This document shows, piece after piece, positions 22,056 to 32,054 of a DNA stretch of 64,000 nt (within the stretch, counting starts at the first letter, position 1; each line of letters opens with the position of its first letter). The stretch lies in the NCBI GenBank assembly GCA_000004985.1, contig GG738887.1. One strand, given 5' to 3'. The position numbers were made by a program, and so were the translations under genes. The notes beneath the pieces were generated by a model. It searched no databases. It saw nothing but the letters and a program-made list of their open reading frames with translations, and was not told where the DNA came from. The stretch comes from Naegleria gruberi (taxonomy: Eukaryota).

Positions 22056-24867
22056 TTACTTGACTGAAGAGTAGGTGTTGATTTTTCCATCAAAGGAACA
22101 GCTCAATAAAGTAGTAGAATTTTTAAATTTAACATCAGAAACAACATCTGAATGATATCCAATAATTTTCTCAATGCACTTTTCAGATGTTGTCAAATCA
22201 TAAAGGTACACACATCGATCTTCACTTCCACAAGCAATGTATCGCATACAAGGGCTTATAGCATTTCCAATGGAATGGATCGAATTCTTATGTTGACTAT
22301 ATCTTCTAATTGGATCTTGTTGCCTTGCATCCCACAGCTTTACACATCCATCAACGGAGGAAGTAAGGAAAAAGTTGATCGAATCGCTAGTGGCATTCGG
22401 AGAATTATTTAGAGAAATGGTATGAATTGGTCTTTCATGGGCATTTTCAATTGATCTTACTACTGTATCTTTGCAAACGTCATAAATCTCCAAAGTTTTA
22501 CTAGAATATCCAAGTAAAATATAATTTGACAAGTAGGAATTTGGACATGTTAGGGCTGTAATCTTTTGGGCCTGTCTGCTTTCGAAAACATGACCAAGTT
22601 TGTACTTGTGATTATCTACTTGTCTGTTTAAGAATCAATTGATTAGATGAGTAAATATGATATTAAACATACTTTTTCAAATACTTTTCATCAGAGTTTG
22701 TACTCTTGTGAATATAGTACTTGTAAATATACATCTTATTAGAGCTCGAAAGGACGGTAAATCTATCTTGATGGAAGAAACTTGCATTATTTACACTCGA
22801 TTTGAAAATTTGCTCTGGTCTCTTGTTTTCCTCAGAGGTTGTACTCTTAATATTTCCCAAAATACTCTTAAAATTAATAGCTGGTTCAATTCCATTCTTT
22901 CCATTTTTCCAAATTGTTGCCGTATTGTCAGAGCTTGATGTTAAAATTAATTTTGATGAGAGTGTCCAATTGATTGAATTGACAGCAACAGAATGTTTCT
23001 CAAGTGGTACTCCCTTGTTCTTGTTTGATAGAGGAAGTTTAGAAAGCATGCAGAGCCCAGAATTAGATCCTGTTACAATAGATTCCTTATTGGGGGAAAT
23101 AGACATGCATAGAATTGGAGAGTTGTGAACTCGGAGCTCTGATGAAAGATTAATTGGAGGTTTTTCAAAACTCGGAGTGACAAGTTCTTTGGTCGTTGTT
23201 GTTTTCTTAATTGTAGATGAGGTAGATGATGAGGAAGAGGAGGTGGGTTTTTTCTTCAAGTGAGCAGGAACAAATGGTGCTTCTGAATAACCTGAAGATT
23301 TGATTCTTGTGGAAAAAGTTGATGGCTTGTCAACAAGTGCTTTGGTCTTTTTCTGAGGTGTTGGAGTAACCTTAACTAGTGTTCCTCTCAAATAATTGGG
23401 CAGTTCATCTGTATGAGTCATGGAAATGACGTCTCCTTCAATTTTAGTCTGCTTTGGTTTTAGGATGGAATCTGGAATTTCATTCTTCCTCTCGATGGTC
23501 ATAGATTGATGGTTAATATCCATGACATAGATATATGGTTGAAAGGCACTAGCTGCCACCAAACGTGTACTACATTCCTCAATGAATTGTGCATCAAAAG
23601 AGTGAAACAAGTCCTTGCATTGGTCTGTCACGTTTGCAATATCATACATTCTCTCAATCTCAAAAGATGACAGATCAATATCAACAGCCAATGATTTGGA
23701 GCATATCATTACATAGTCATTGTCATTCTTCGAAAAGAAATTCATCTTGGATGCACAATGTGAATACTCACATAGAGTCAGCTCTTGAGAATCTTCCTCA
23801 GTATCGAATTGTTTTTGAATGAAATTATGTTGCTGTCTCCAAATTGGCTCACTACTAATGACTTCAAATGAGGGTATTGGAGATTTCTCCTCTGGCTTGA
23901 TGAACTTTTTAATCTTCTTGTTGAGGTCAAATTCGTGAAGCAGTTTCACCCAAAGGCACTTTAAACTCTCATCATTTTTCGTCTCGTATATTTGAACTAT
24001 TCCATTACTAAAACCAATCATGAATCTATTCACGCCATATTCCTCACAAACTGAAATAATTGGATACGGTGAGAGAACTCCTGATTTGTACAATACTTTC
24101 CTCTCATAAATATCCCATATCTTAATTACAATAGAAACTTTCAATCAGAATTATCAAATATTGAACACACAAACCTTAAAAGTTCTATCTTCGGAAACAC
24201 TAATGATACAATGTTGTAAATGTCTCAAAAACAAAACCTCAGTCACGGGAGATTGATGCCCCTCCAAGCTCAGTATCACCTTTGCCAGTTCTATATGATA
24301 AATTAATATAGAATCTTCCAATCCAATATACAACAATTCATCGTTATCGCTAAACTTTACAAATGAAACATTTCCAACATTTGATCCAATCACCACTCCA
24401 TCATCCTGAAATCCATCCCGATATGCAAGAACATTCCACAACTTTACACAAGAACTGGATGCTGAACATAACATTTCAGATTTTCGATTTCCAAAGCAAA
24501 CACAACTAATCGGATCTTCCTTTTCATGAGGCAGTATCACAATTGGCTCCAAATCATCATCTATAACAGGTGTCAATACAAGGGCTGCCTCATCCACCTC
24601 GTCGTCATCCCCCAATTCTTGTTTGATTCTTGTATTATTTGATTTTCTGATAACATCATTGCTTCCACTACTACAACCCGATAACATGACATTCCAAATC
24701 AATACTTTTCCTGTCGATTCACCTCCAGCCACCAACATTTGAGAGGAAGTAGACCTCGAAATGGCCACACTCGTAATGTTTGTTCTCGGAGTTGATCCTT
24801 TCAGTATGCTTACTAATTGATGTTTCTTCATTTTTTTAAAGTTGTAGAATGGGTATGGAGGGAACAT
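22056..24867 (-). CDS. WD40-repeat protein, about 902 aa, 3 exons; complement(join(22056..22623,22673..24120,24175..24867))
   Basis: Intron 1 has a GTTTGT donor after ...DRTFK and a ttaag acceptor, giving ...DRTFK|IWDIYERK (54 nt, phase 0). Intron 2 has a GTATGT donor after ...YLK(aa) and an aaacag acceptor, giving ...YLKKQVDNHKYKLGHVFESRQAQKITALTCPNSYLSNYILLGYSSK (49 nt, phase 2). WD signatures include GKVLIWNV, IKIWDI, CVKLWDAR and DRCVYLYDL. Confidence 0.65.
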
Positions 24868-25095
24868 ATAATTTCATAATACAACAATCATTTATGGGGA
24901 TTGGTGATGAATTTGCTGGACTATCATGAATTATCATGTATTGAGATGATTAATACACATTGAGAGTTGACAATATCGGAATAACATGATATAATAATTA
25001 TTGTTTTTTTAATAAAATTAACAAAATTTGAAATTAAATTTCTACTACTACATATACTATTATTCGATTAATCCTAAAATTTGTTGTGATAGCAC

Positions 25096-25770
25096 TTAAT
25101 CAGACTTTTGCTTTTGATTGGCCAAATCAACAATTTGGTTATTAGCATACATATAGACAACATATGGCAAAGCAGTAGGAATGAGAGACAAGATGAAGAA
25201 GACGATCCAATCACCAACGTGGGAAGCGTGCTTTCTATCATATTCAGCTTGAGTCATGACTGGAATAGCTGGCAAAACGTTACTCTTAGAGATGAGCTTC
25301 AATGACTTTTCGTCCTTTTCAGCAGCTGGAGCCAATCTGTAAGTGGCCAAAGCATGTTGAGTATTAATTTCACCAACACTCTTTGGAACAATAGTATACT
25401 TGTAAGAGACACGGTCATTTGGAGCAACCTTTTCAAAACTAGCCTTGGTTTCACCTTCAGCAAGTTCGAATTGAGCTTCTGGCCATTCATTGTCCTTAAC
25501 ATCAATATCATAAGCAGTTTCTTCACCAACATTGATAACAGTGATCGTGAAAGTAATATTAGTATTGACGATTGGTTCGGCTGGAGAAACACTCTTGTGG
25601 AGGAAAAGTCTTACATTGTTTTGTTGAGTTGTTGTTGTTGTGGTAGTAGATGTTTCATCGACAGGGGTGGCTGTAATGTCTTCATCTTGAGCCAAAACAG
25701 ATGTTATTGTGCACAAGGCGAACAAAATGGCCAAAATAACGGCGAGAGAGAATTTCAAAGACTTGTTCAT
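25096..25770 (-). CDS. Translocon-associated protein subunit beta (TRAP-beta/SSR-beta) homolog, 224 aa
   Basis: It has a signal peptide, a lumenal domain (LFLHKSVSPAEPIVNTNITFTITVINVGEETAYDIDVKDNEWP), a C-terminal TM and a short tail (GDWIVFFILSLIPTALPYVVYMY). Length and layout match my recall of SSR2. Confidence 0.7.
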   Translation of the reverse strand: MNKSLKFSLAVILAILFALCTITSVLAQDEDITATPVDETSTTTTTTTQQNNVRLFLHKSVSPAEPIVNTNITFTITVINVGEETAYDIDVKDNEWPEAQFELAEGETKASFEKVAPNDRVSYKYTIVPKSVGEINTQHALATYRLAPAAEKDEKSLKLISKSNVLPAIPVMTQAEYDRKHASHVGDWIVFFILSLIPTALPYVVYMYANNQIVDLANQKQKSD

Positions 25771-26109
25771 TTTTTTTTAAAAAAGACCTGCTGATGATCA
25801 TGCAGTCAAGCTACAGAGCAATGCTGTGAGGTGTGAAATTGTAAACGCAGCAAGTCTTTCAGCTGAAAAAACGCACGTCATGCTCACAAGCTGGCTTGCG
25901 AACAAAAAAATCATGACAACATAATTCTTCGACTCACAATGATAATCATATAAGGATGATTGGATAGGATACCAATAATGGATTGAAAACAAGGATATCT
26001 AGGAATATACAAGTATTACAGGATAATAATATTATTATTGGACAAGTACTTCCGAAGTGATGAAAAAGAATAAAAATCAAAGATTATAATTTCATGTGTT
26101 TATCAAAAT

Positions 26110-28236
26110 TTAAAAGCTCTTCAAAGAGGATTCCATCAAGTTTTGCAATCTATTGACCATTGATCTTGGATCATCCAATAAACCGGCACTGATGAGAGCA
26201 TTATCAAAGATTTGTTCAGCAACAAGCTTGGCCAAATCTGGATTAGCTGACTTGGCATTGAAGAGTTTCATGATGAGTGGATGGCGAGGATTGATTTCAA
26301 CTTGTTGTGGAGAGAGGGCAATATCTTGATTTTGCAATTTACGAATCATTCTGAGGGAGGCATTTTCTGGATTCTTAATGACAGCTGGAGTTGTTGAGAG
26401 ACGCTTAGAGATCTTGGCAGATGAAACCTTATCCTTCAATGAGGTTTGGAACCATTCACACAATTCCTTAGATTGAATTTCAGAGAGTTCATTTTCACCA
26501 GATGTCTTGTCAGCTTCATCATCTTCCAATTCAGCTCTATCAATGGCCTTAGTTTCCTTACCATTGAAATAACCAATTGAACCAAAGACAAAGTCATCAG
26601 GTCCATCATAACCGAACAAGACTTCGATACCCTTCTTCTTGAAAACTTCAAAGTATGGAGAGTTTTCGGCATATTCTCTAGTTGGAGCAATGAGGTAGTA
26701 AATTGTCTTTTGTTCAGTTCCCATTCTGTTAATATATTCTTCCAATGTTGTCTTTTCACCCTTTGGTAAGGCAGATGATTCGTACATGAGCAATTTGGCA
26801 GCTTCATCCTTATACATGTAATCAGTGACAACACCTTCCTTAATGAACTTGTTGAACTTTTCATAGAAACTAATGTACTTTTCACGATCTTGCTTCATCA
26901 TGTCATTGAAGAATTTGGTAATTCTCTTAACGAGGACAGATTTAATCTTTTGAATGAGTGGAGAATCTTGCAAGTGTTCTCTGGAAATGTTCAATGGTAA
27001 ATCTTCAGAGTCAACAACACCCTTCAAGAATCTCAACCAATCTGGGAGAATATCTGGATGCTTGGCACGAATCAAAACTCTTCTACTGTGAACATTGACA
27101 CCAGGTTCCATCTTACCCATACCCAATGATTCAGTGTGGTGATCTGGGACGTAGAACAAGGCATTCATATTCAATGGAATATCCAAGTTAAAGTGGAGAA
27201 TATAGAGTGGGTTTCCACCATAGTGTGAAAGATACTTGTAGAATTCTTGATGTTCTTCAGCAGTGACAGAGTTCTTGCTCTTCAACCAGACAGCATCAAG
27301 AGTATTGACCTTGGCACCGTTCAAAATGATTGGATAAGAGACAAAGTTACTGTACTTTTGAATAATCTTTTGAACAGTATCCTTGAAAGAGAATTCCTTT
27401 TCATTCTTCTTCAAATAAATGACAATCTTTGTACCTCTGGCAACTCCTTCAGCTTCGGAAATTGTGTAATTTCCTTCACCAGTACTTTCCCAACAATATC
27501 CAGGTTGACCTTTGATAGCAGATCTAGTATAAATACGGACCTTATCAGCAACCATGAATGTACTGTAAAAACCAACACCAAATTGACCAATAATGTTGGA
27601 TGTAGCTTCACCCTTATCGGAAGCTTCCTTAAGTTGTTTAACAAAGGCACGAGAACCACTGTGAGCAATAGTACCAATATTCTTGATTAATTCTTCCTTG
27701 GACATACCAATACCAGAGTCTTGAATGACGAAAATATTATTCTTATCATCACAAGAAATTTGGACAGATAATTCCTTTGAAGGATCATCAACCTTGTCTG
27801 GTGAAACTTGATTCATTCTTCTAACCTTTTCCAAAGCATCGGAAGCATTTGAAATTAATTCTCTGATGAAGACTTCCTTGTCAGTATAGAGAGCAGAAGC
27901 AACAATGTGTAAAAGTTGTTTAGTTTCAGTTTCAAAAGTCTTATTTTCCTTGGCACCAACAATGTGTTCAGTTTCTCTAATAATATTTTCTTCCTTGAGT
28001 TCATTGACTTCGGCATCCTCAAAAACATCATCATCAATAACATCCTTCTTTTCATTTCTAACAAATAGTTGTGATGAGAAATTAGCAATCAATTGTTGTT
28101 GTTGTTGATATGATGAACAAGAATTCTTTGAAAGAACGGAAGAAGAAGATGGCAATGCTGATGATGAACATCTCACAGCAGCAGAACGCTTTGAGACGAG
28201 CGAACGGACGATTTTACCAGAGTTTCTGCTCAACAT
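26110..28236 (-). CDS. trap1: TRAP1, mitochondrial Hsp90-family chaperone (about 708 aa)
   Basis: Hsp90 N-domain motifs are present: ETKQLLHIVASALYTDKEVFIRELISNASDALEK, IGQFGVGFYSTFMVADKV and GTIAHSG. The S/R-rich N-terminal presequence fits a mitochondrial paralog. Start aaaaaaaaATG at 28236 (the track adds 5 codons from an alternative start). Confidence 0.88.
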   Translation of the reverse strand: MLSRNSGKIVRSLVSKRSAAVRCSSSALPSSSSVLSKNSCSSYQQQQQLIANFSSQLFVRNEKKDVIDDDVFEDAEVNELKEENIIRETEHIVGAKENKTFETETKQLLHIVASALYTDKEVFIRELISNASDALEKVRRMNQVSPDKVDDPSKELSVQISCDDKNNIFVIQDSGIGMSKEELIKNIGTIAHSGSRAFVKQLKEASDKGEATSNIIGQFGVGFYSTFMVADKVRIYTRSAIKGQPGYCWESTGEGNYTISEAEGVARGTKIVIYLKKNEKEFSFKDTVQKIIQKYSNFVSYPIILNGAKVNTLDAVWLKSKNSVTAEEHQEFYKYLSHYGGNPLYILHFNLDIPLNMNALFYVPDHHTESLGMGKMEPGVNVHSRRVLIRAKHPDILPDWLRFLKGVVDSEDLPLNISREHLQDSPLIQKIKSVLVKRITKFFNDMMKQDREKYISFYEKFNKFIKEGVVTDYMYKDEAAKLLMYESSALPKGEKTTLEEYINRMGTEQKTIYYLIAPTREYAENSPYFEVFKKKGIEVLFGYDGPDDFVFGSIGYFNGKETKAIDRAELEDDEADKTSGENELSEIQSKELCEWFQTSLKDKVSSAKISKRLSTTPAVIKNPENASLRMIRKLQNQDIALSPQQVEINPRHPLIMKLFNAKSANPDLAKLVAEQIFDNALISAGLLDDPRSMVNRLQNLMESSLKSF

Positions 28237-28981
28237 TTTTTTTTCAATCAAAAACTGAAGCTATTGATTGAAGATGGAACGGAAAGTGTTGTGCTTCCGA
28301 TCCAGAGCCATGTTTGCTTTCTTAATTGCTATTAAATGGAATAAGAAATTCCGATTAGTATTAATGAAAGTAGGTTGGGATTTTAAATTGATTGAGGGAG
28401 GTTGAATGATATATTTATTTGCTACTGATTGAGGAAGCACAGTTAGAAAACAATAGAGTTCTTCCTTAATATAATCAGTAACATTGAAAAGATACTATTG
28501 TTAATTCAAACAAGGAACATAAATTTCAAAGCTCAACTGAAACATCCTTTTAGTTAAATGAAGTTATTGCTAAGTGAGGTCTTCAACTTGAAATGAGATA
28601 TATTGTGTGGGTTTAACATAAAGGAATGGTTTCATTATCTTCCCCATGATCTGGAGATTATTCAATAGACCTGTTAAAGAGATCAAATCTCCATAATAAG
28701 ATCCAGAATCTTAAAGATGAAAATTCCGCTTCCTATCCAGATTTTCCGCACAACCACACAATCACAATCTTTGTTATCATTCTCACCTCAGCAGAAGTAA
28801 CAACAAATCATCAACTGTACCTCAGCAGTAACAAGAAAAACCATTTGAAAAAAAAATTGTTTAAGGTCGTGCTCGTCATTATTGTGCATGAAGAAAGTGG
28901 CCATTGTATTGTCATGTTGGTGGCTCTTGTTCATCGCTTGGAATTGCATGCACGAGTGGCTAGTATGGAAGATAACTGTTC

Positions 28982-29338
28982 ATGGCCAGCAACTCGTTGT
29001 ACCAAGGTTTGAATGTTCGTGATGCTAATGGTCGTGTGATACGTTCATTGGGACCTGAGACTGCAGTTACTGTCTATGGTATTATGGTTAAGGATGGAGG
29101 AAGATGGGCAAAGATTGGAACCAATGAATATGTTTCTGCTGATTATTTAAAAATGTCATGTGGATGTGGTGGAGGATACAATAATCAAGATCCAACACTA
29201 CCAGATAAGCTTCAATCACCCAAGCAAAAACTGGTGTACCGCCACTGGTTTCAGTCTGTGTTAACTTTTCCGCCACTTACTTCGGATACATCCCAACATC
29301 AGTCCGCCACAGGCAATAAGCAAGAATCGCTACACTAG
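28982..29338 (+). CDS. ORF with a bacterial-type SH3 (SH3b/SH3_3-like) domain followed by a CGCGGGY motif; 3' part may be read-through or a pseudogene
   Basis: LNVRDANGRVIRSLGPETAVTVYGIMVKDGGRWAKIGTNEYVSADYL fits the SH3b pattern (NVRSGP....G....V......GW.K......GWV...YL). The segment is GC-richer than the surrounding spacer. A signal-peptide-like ORF (MKKVAIVLSCWWLLFIAWNC, ATG 28888) lies just upstream in another frame. Confidence 0.4.
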   Translation: MASNSLYQGLNVRDANGRVIRSLGPETAVTVYGIMVKDGGRWAKIGTNEYVSADYLKMSCGCGGGYNNQDPTLPDKLQSPKQKLVYRHWFQSVLTFPPLTSDTSQHQSATGNKQESLH

Positions 29339-29999
29339 TTTTTAATATGACATTTCAATCAAAAAATCAAATGGTTTATTACATATTGACATGTGACATT
29401 AATCCAAACAAGATTATTTCAACATTCAAAATTCAATCAATAATTGAATGAAATTTATCTCATTTGTAAATAAACAATCGTTTCCCAGTAGCAACATAAC
29501 AATATCCAGTTATTTCATCAATTGTTAATCCAATAATGTCACTACCAACGACTTTCGAATTGATTTTTTTGCATTTGCTAGAAAGTTGAATGAAAGACAC
29601 AGAGAAGGTTATAAGAAATGGGGTGGTAAGTATCGTATGTATTTATTCGTGAATTTTTTGTTCGATTCCATACGAATTGTTTCAATTTTGCAAAGTATGA
29701 TAATATTTAGACTCCAATTTGATTGAATCAAAATTCTCGAACTTCATTGTAAAACAAATCCTATGTACTTGAAGAAAATCTCAAAAAAGAAAGTATTATT
29801 TCAGAAATTGGACATTTTGGATTTCCCATTTTGTTGATTTACCATTTAAGTAGGTTGAGTTAGACCAATTTAAACAAATCAATGTGAAACTATACCCAAT
29901 CAAAAACAATCAAAACAAATTGATATAATTCAATCACGCTTTTCAAACTAACTTTCCAATCAACTTATCAACTCTCCAACTCTAACTCTATACGAAACC

Positions 30000-30449
30000 A
30001 TGAAAAAGATACTCTTCATAGTCCTTGTATGCATCTTGGCTGCTCTCTTCTTGAATGCTGATAAGGCAGATGGTCAATTGACATACAGCTATCGTTATGC
30101 CTACAGCTACCCTTCCACCTATGGTTACTCATATCCATCTAGTTACGGATACGGCTATCCTTCAACCTATGGTTACTCATATCCATATAGTTACGGATAT
30201 GGCTACCCTTCAACCTACGGATACGGCTACCCTTCAACCTACGGATACTCATATCCATCCTCCTATAGCTATCGTTACGCCTACAGCTACCCTTCCACCT
30301 ATGGTTACTCATATCCTTATAGTTACGGATACGGCTACCCTTCCACCTATGGTTACTCATATCCATCTAGTTATTCTTATGGTTATCCTTACTCATATGG
30401 TGGCTATGGATATCCTTCTTCATATGCTTATTCATACAGATATTGGTAA
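30000..30449 (+). CDS. Secreted Tyr/Gly/Ser/Pro-rich repeat protein (149 aa): signal peptide plus about 20 tandem Y(G/S)Y(S/G)YPS(T/S) units
   Basis: The start is accATGAAAAAG. The hydrophobic leader is MKKILFIVLVCILAALFLNA. The mature region is almost entirely YGYSYPSSYGYGYPSTYGYSYPYSYGYGYPSTYGYGYPS... with a higher-order duplication of a roughly 70-aa block; it ends ...YAYSYRYW. Confidence 0.65.
   Translation: MKKILFIVLVCILAALFLNADKADGQLTYSYRYAYSYPSTYGYSYPSSYGYGYPSTYGYSYPYSYGYGYPSTYGYGYPSTYGYSYPSSYSYRYAYSYPSTYGYSYPYSYGYGYPSTYGYSYPSSYSYGYPYSYGGYGYPSSYAYSYRYW
30067..30440 (+). repeat. 18/21-nt coding minisatellite (tatggttactcatatccatctagttacgga-type units) underlying the Y-rich protein
   Basis: A direct tandem repetition of tacggatacggctacccttcaacc / tatggttactcatatcca units is visible across the whole block. 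Confidence 0.8.
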
Positions 30450-30810
30450 GAAATCAATTAATTGTAAATCTATAATAAAAATGTAACACTTTGAAAGAGT
30501 TTATTGTAATTTTGATGGAAAGAACCACCCAAAACATCACCAATCAAACTAAAATCACTTGAGAAAGCTTGGCATCTGTTACGAAGGAGTCCTTTAGAAA
30601 TCAAATCAGTTTTTCCATGACTCAATCGAGAATGAAGTATTTGTTGAAAACGAAACTGTTCCGAAGAGACTGAGAAGGAAAGAACACATACGTGTGAAAA
30701 ACAACTGACACCAAAAGGTCAAAACACTTCATTGCAAGACAGGAACAGTTTTGATGAAACAAATTAACAATTTTTGTAAATTTAATAAAAATGTTTATTT
30801 ACAACACAAT

Positions 30811-31110
30811 TTATGGAAATAGATCAATTTCTTCTTCGTCTTCCAATTCCAAATAACAATGATTGAATATTTCATTCAGATCTTCTTCAGTCTCATTCAC
30901 TGCCAAATGGAAATCTTTAAACGCCTCTCTAATTTGGTGTTCCCTCTCCTCTTCTGATAAATCATATTCTGCATGATCTGAACAACTTTCAATCTTTTGT
31001 TTTTTACTCAAATCATTTAGAGGAGTGGGTGAATCCTTTCTCTTATTGTGATCTTGAGTTTTTCTTAGTACTTTTCGATTGGGAGTTTTGGAAGGTGTTA
31101 ATTGAAGCAT
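30811..31110 (-). CDS. Small acidic hypothetical protein (99 aa)
   Basis: ORF with start gaaaATG and an acidic C-terminus (LELEDEEEIDLFP). No recognisable domain. Confidence 0.35.
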   Translation of the reverse strand: MLQLTPSKTPNRKVLRKTQDHNKRKDSPTPLNDLSKKQKIESCSDHAEYDLSEEEREHQIREAFKDFHLAVNETEEDLNEIFNHCYLELEDEEEIDLFP

Positions 31111-31209
31111 TTTCTTTTGTAGAGTTGTGATTAGTTTTAATGTTTGAAAGGTGGGTTTCGAATCATGTTAATTGATTTCAACTGGTTTATTTTTACCAAT
31201 TCCTCCTCA

Positions 31210-31881
31210 CTATTTTTTCTCTATTAAGGCATCAATGACCAAATTAACAGAATCTTGCAAGATTTTTCTCAATTTCTTCAATTTTTCATAATCCAATGTC
31301 TTGATTTCTTCTTCTGTGAAGGTTGCTCTTTGCATGACATCCGAAACCATCTCCTCTTGTTGTTCACAATCACTTTGAATTGAGGTCAGCAATGTTTTTA
31401 CCATTTCCCATCGCTTATTCATTGACAATTCCACACCCGAATCATTTTCCATCATTTTACAATTTGGTGGTGATGAGAATGATGATGTTGGTGGAACTGT
31501 TGTTGTGCCATGTTGAATGGTTGAAGTATTATCTACCAATGATTTGAATAATTGTTGCTCACCACCATCACGACTCGATTTTTCATTCAAAGTTGTGTTT
31601 TTTGCTAAATCTCCTTGATGATCAGCTTGATGTGATGTAGCCACTGCAATTTCGGAAGCAGTTTCCTTTTGTCTTTTCAAGCTCGGTTCAAGATTTTGCT
31701 CCTCTTGTTCATCATTTTCTTCTTCAATTTCATCAATTTCATCAATTTCATCATCATTTTGTTCATCAATTTGTTCCTCTTCATCCTCATCATCGTTTTG
31801 TGAGCAATCCCTGAATTCATTGTAGGATATCTTTCTCTTTTCACGTAATTGGTACGGTGATGACTTTGAAGTGGACGACAT
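31210..31881 (-). CDS. Acidic hypothetical protein (223 aa) with a DEIDEIDEIEEENDEQEEQ tract
   Basis: ORF with start aaaaaaATG and a low-complexity acidic N-terminal half. It has its own stop and start, separate from the 99-aa ORF downstream. Confidence 0.4.
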   Translation of the reverse strand: MSSTSKSSPYQLREKRKISYNEFRDCSQNDDEDEEEQIDEQNDDEIDEIDEIEEENDEQEEQNLEPSLKRQKETASEIAVATSHQADHQGDLAKNTTLNEKSSRDGGEQQLFKSLVDNTSTIQHGTTTVPPTSSFSSPPNCKMMENDSGVELSMNKRWEMVKTLLTSIQSDCEQQEEMVSDVMQRATFTEEEIKTLDYEKLKKLRKILQDSVNLVIDALIEKK

Positions 31882-32054
31882 TTTTTTATTGTGTGTGAAT
31901 TTGAGCTCTTGTCCATGTCATCATCGACAAGTGAGCGAGGAAAGGTTAAATAACTTAGGACAGATCTCATTGTATTCTTATGTCGTTGTAACGAAACTAT
32001 TTCCTTGTTGTTTCTTCTTGCAAGAAGTTTTGTTGAAATGATTATGAAGTACTT

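Noticed and set aside
26436-27690. ORFs 26436..26885 (-), 27247..27690 (+) and 27411..27677 (-) inside the TRAP1 gene
   Set aside because: These are alternate frames or antisense of a well-supported Hsp90-family CDS.
30067-30440. Considered whether the short regular DNA repeats could be a CRISPR array
   Set aside because: The genome is eukaryotic. The repeats are contiguous with no spacers and sit in-frame inside a protein-coding gene that has a signal peptide.
30097-30486. Alternate-frame ORFs over the Y-rich repeat (30097..30486 +, 30139..30366 -)
   Set aside because: Frame 30000..30449 has the ATG, the signal peptide and the coherent YGYSYPS periodicity. The others are repeat-driven artifacts (PMVTHIH..., RIRN...).
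31111-31209. Possibility that 30811..31110 and 31210..31881 are exons of one minus-strand gene
   Set aside because: The upstream ORF ends at a genuine TAG with no GT donor nearby. The downstream ORF has its own ATG in a good context. So I call two genes, though RNA-seq could overturn this.
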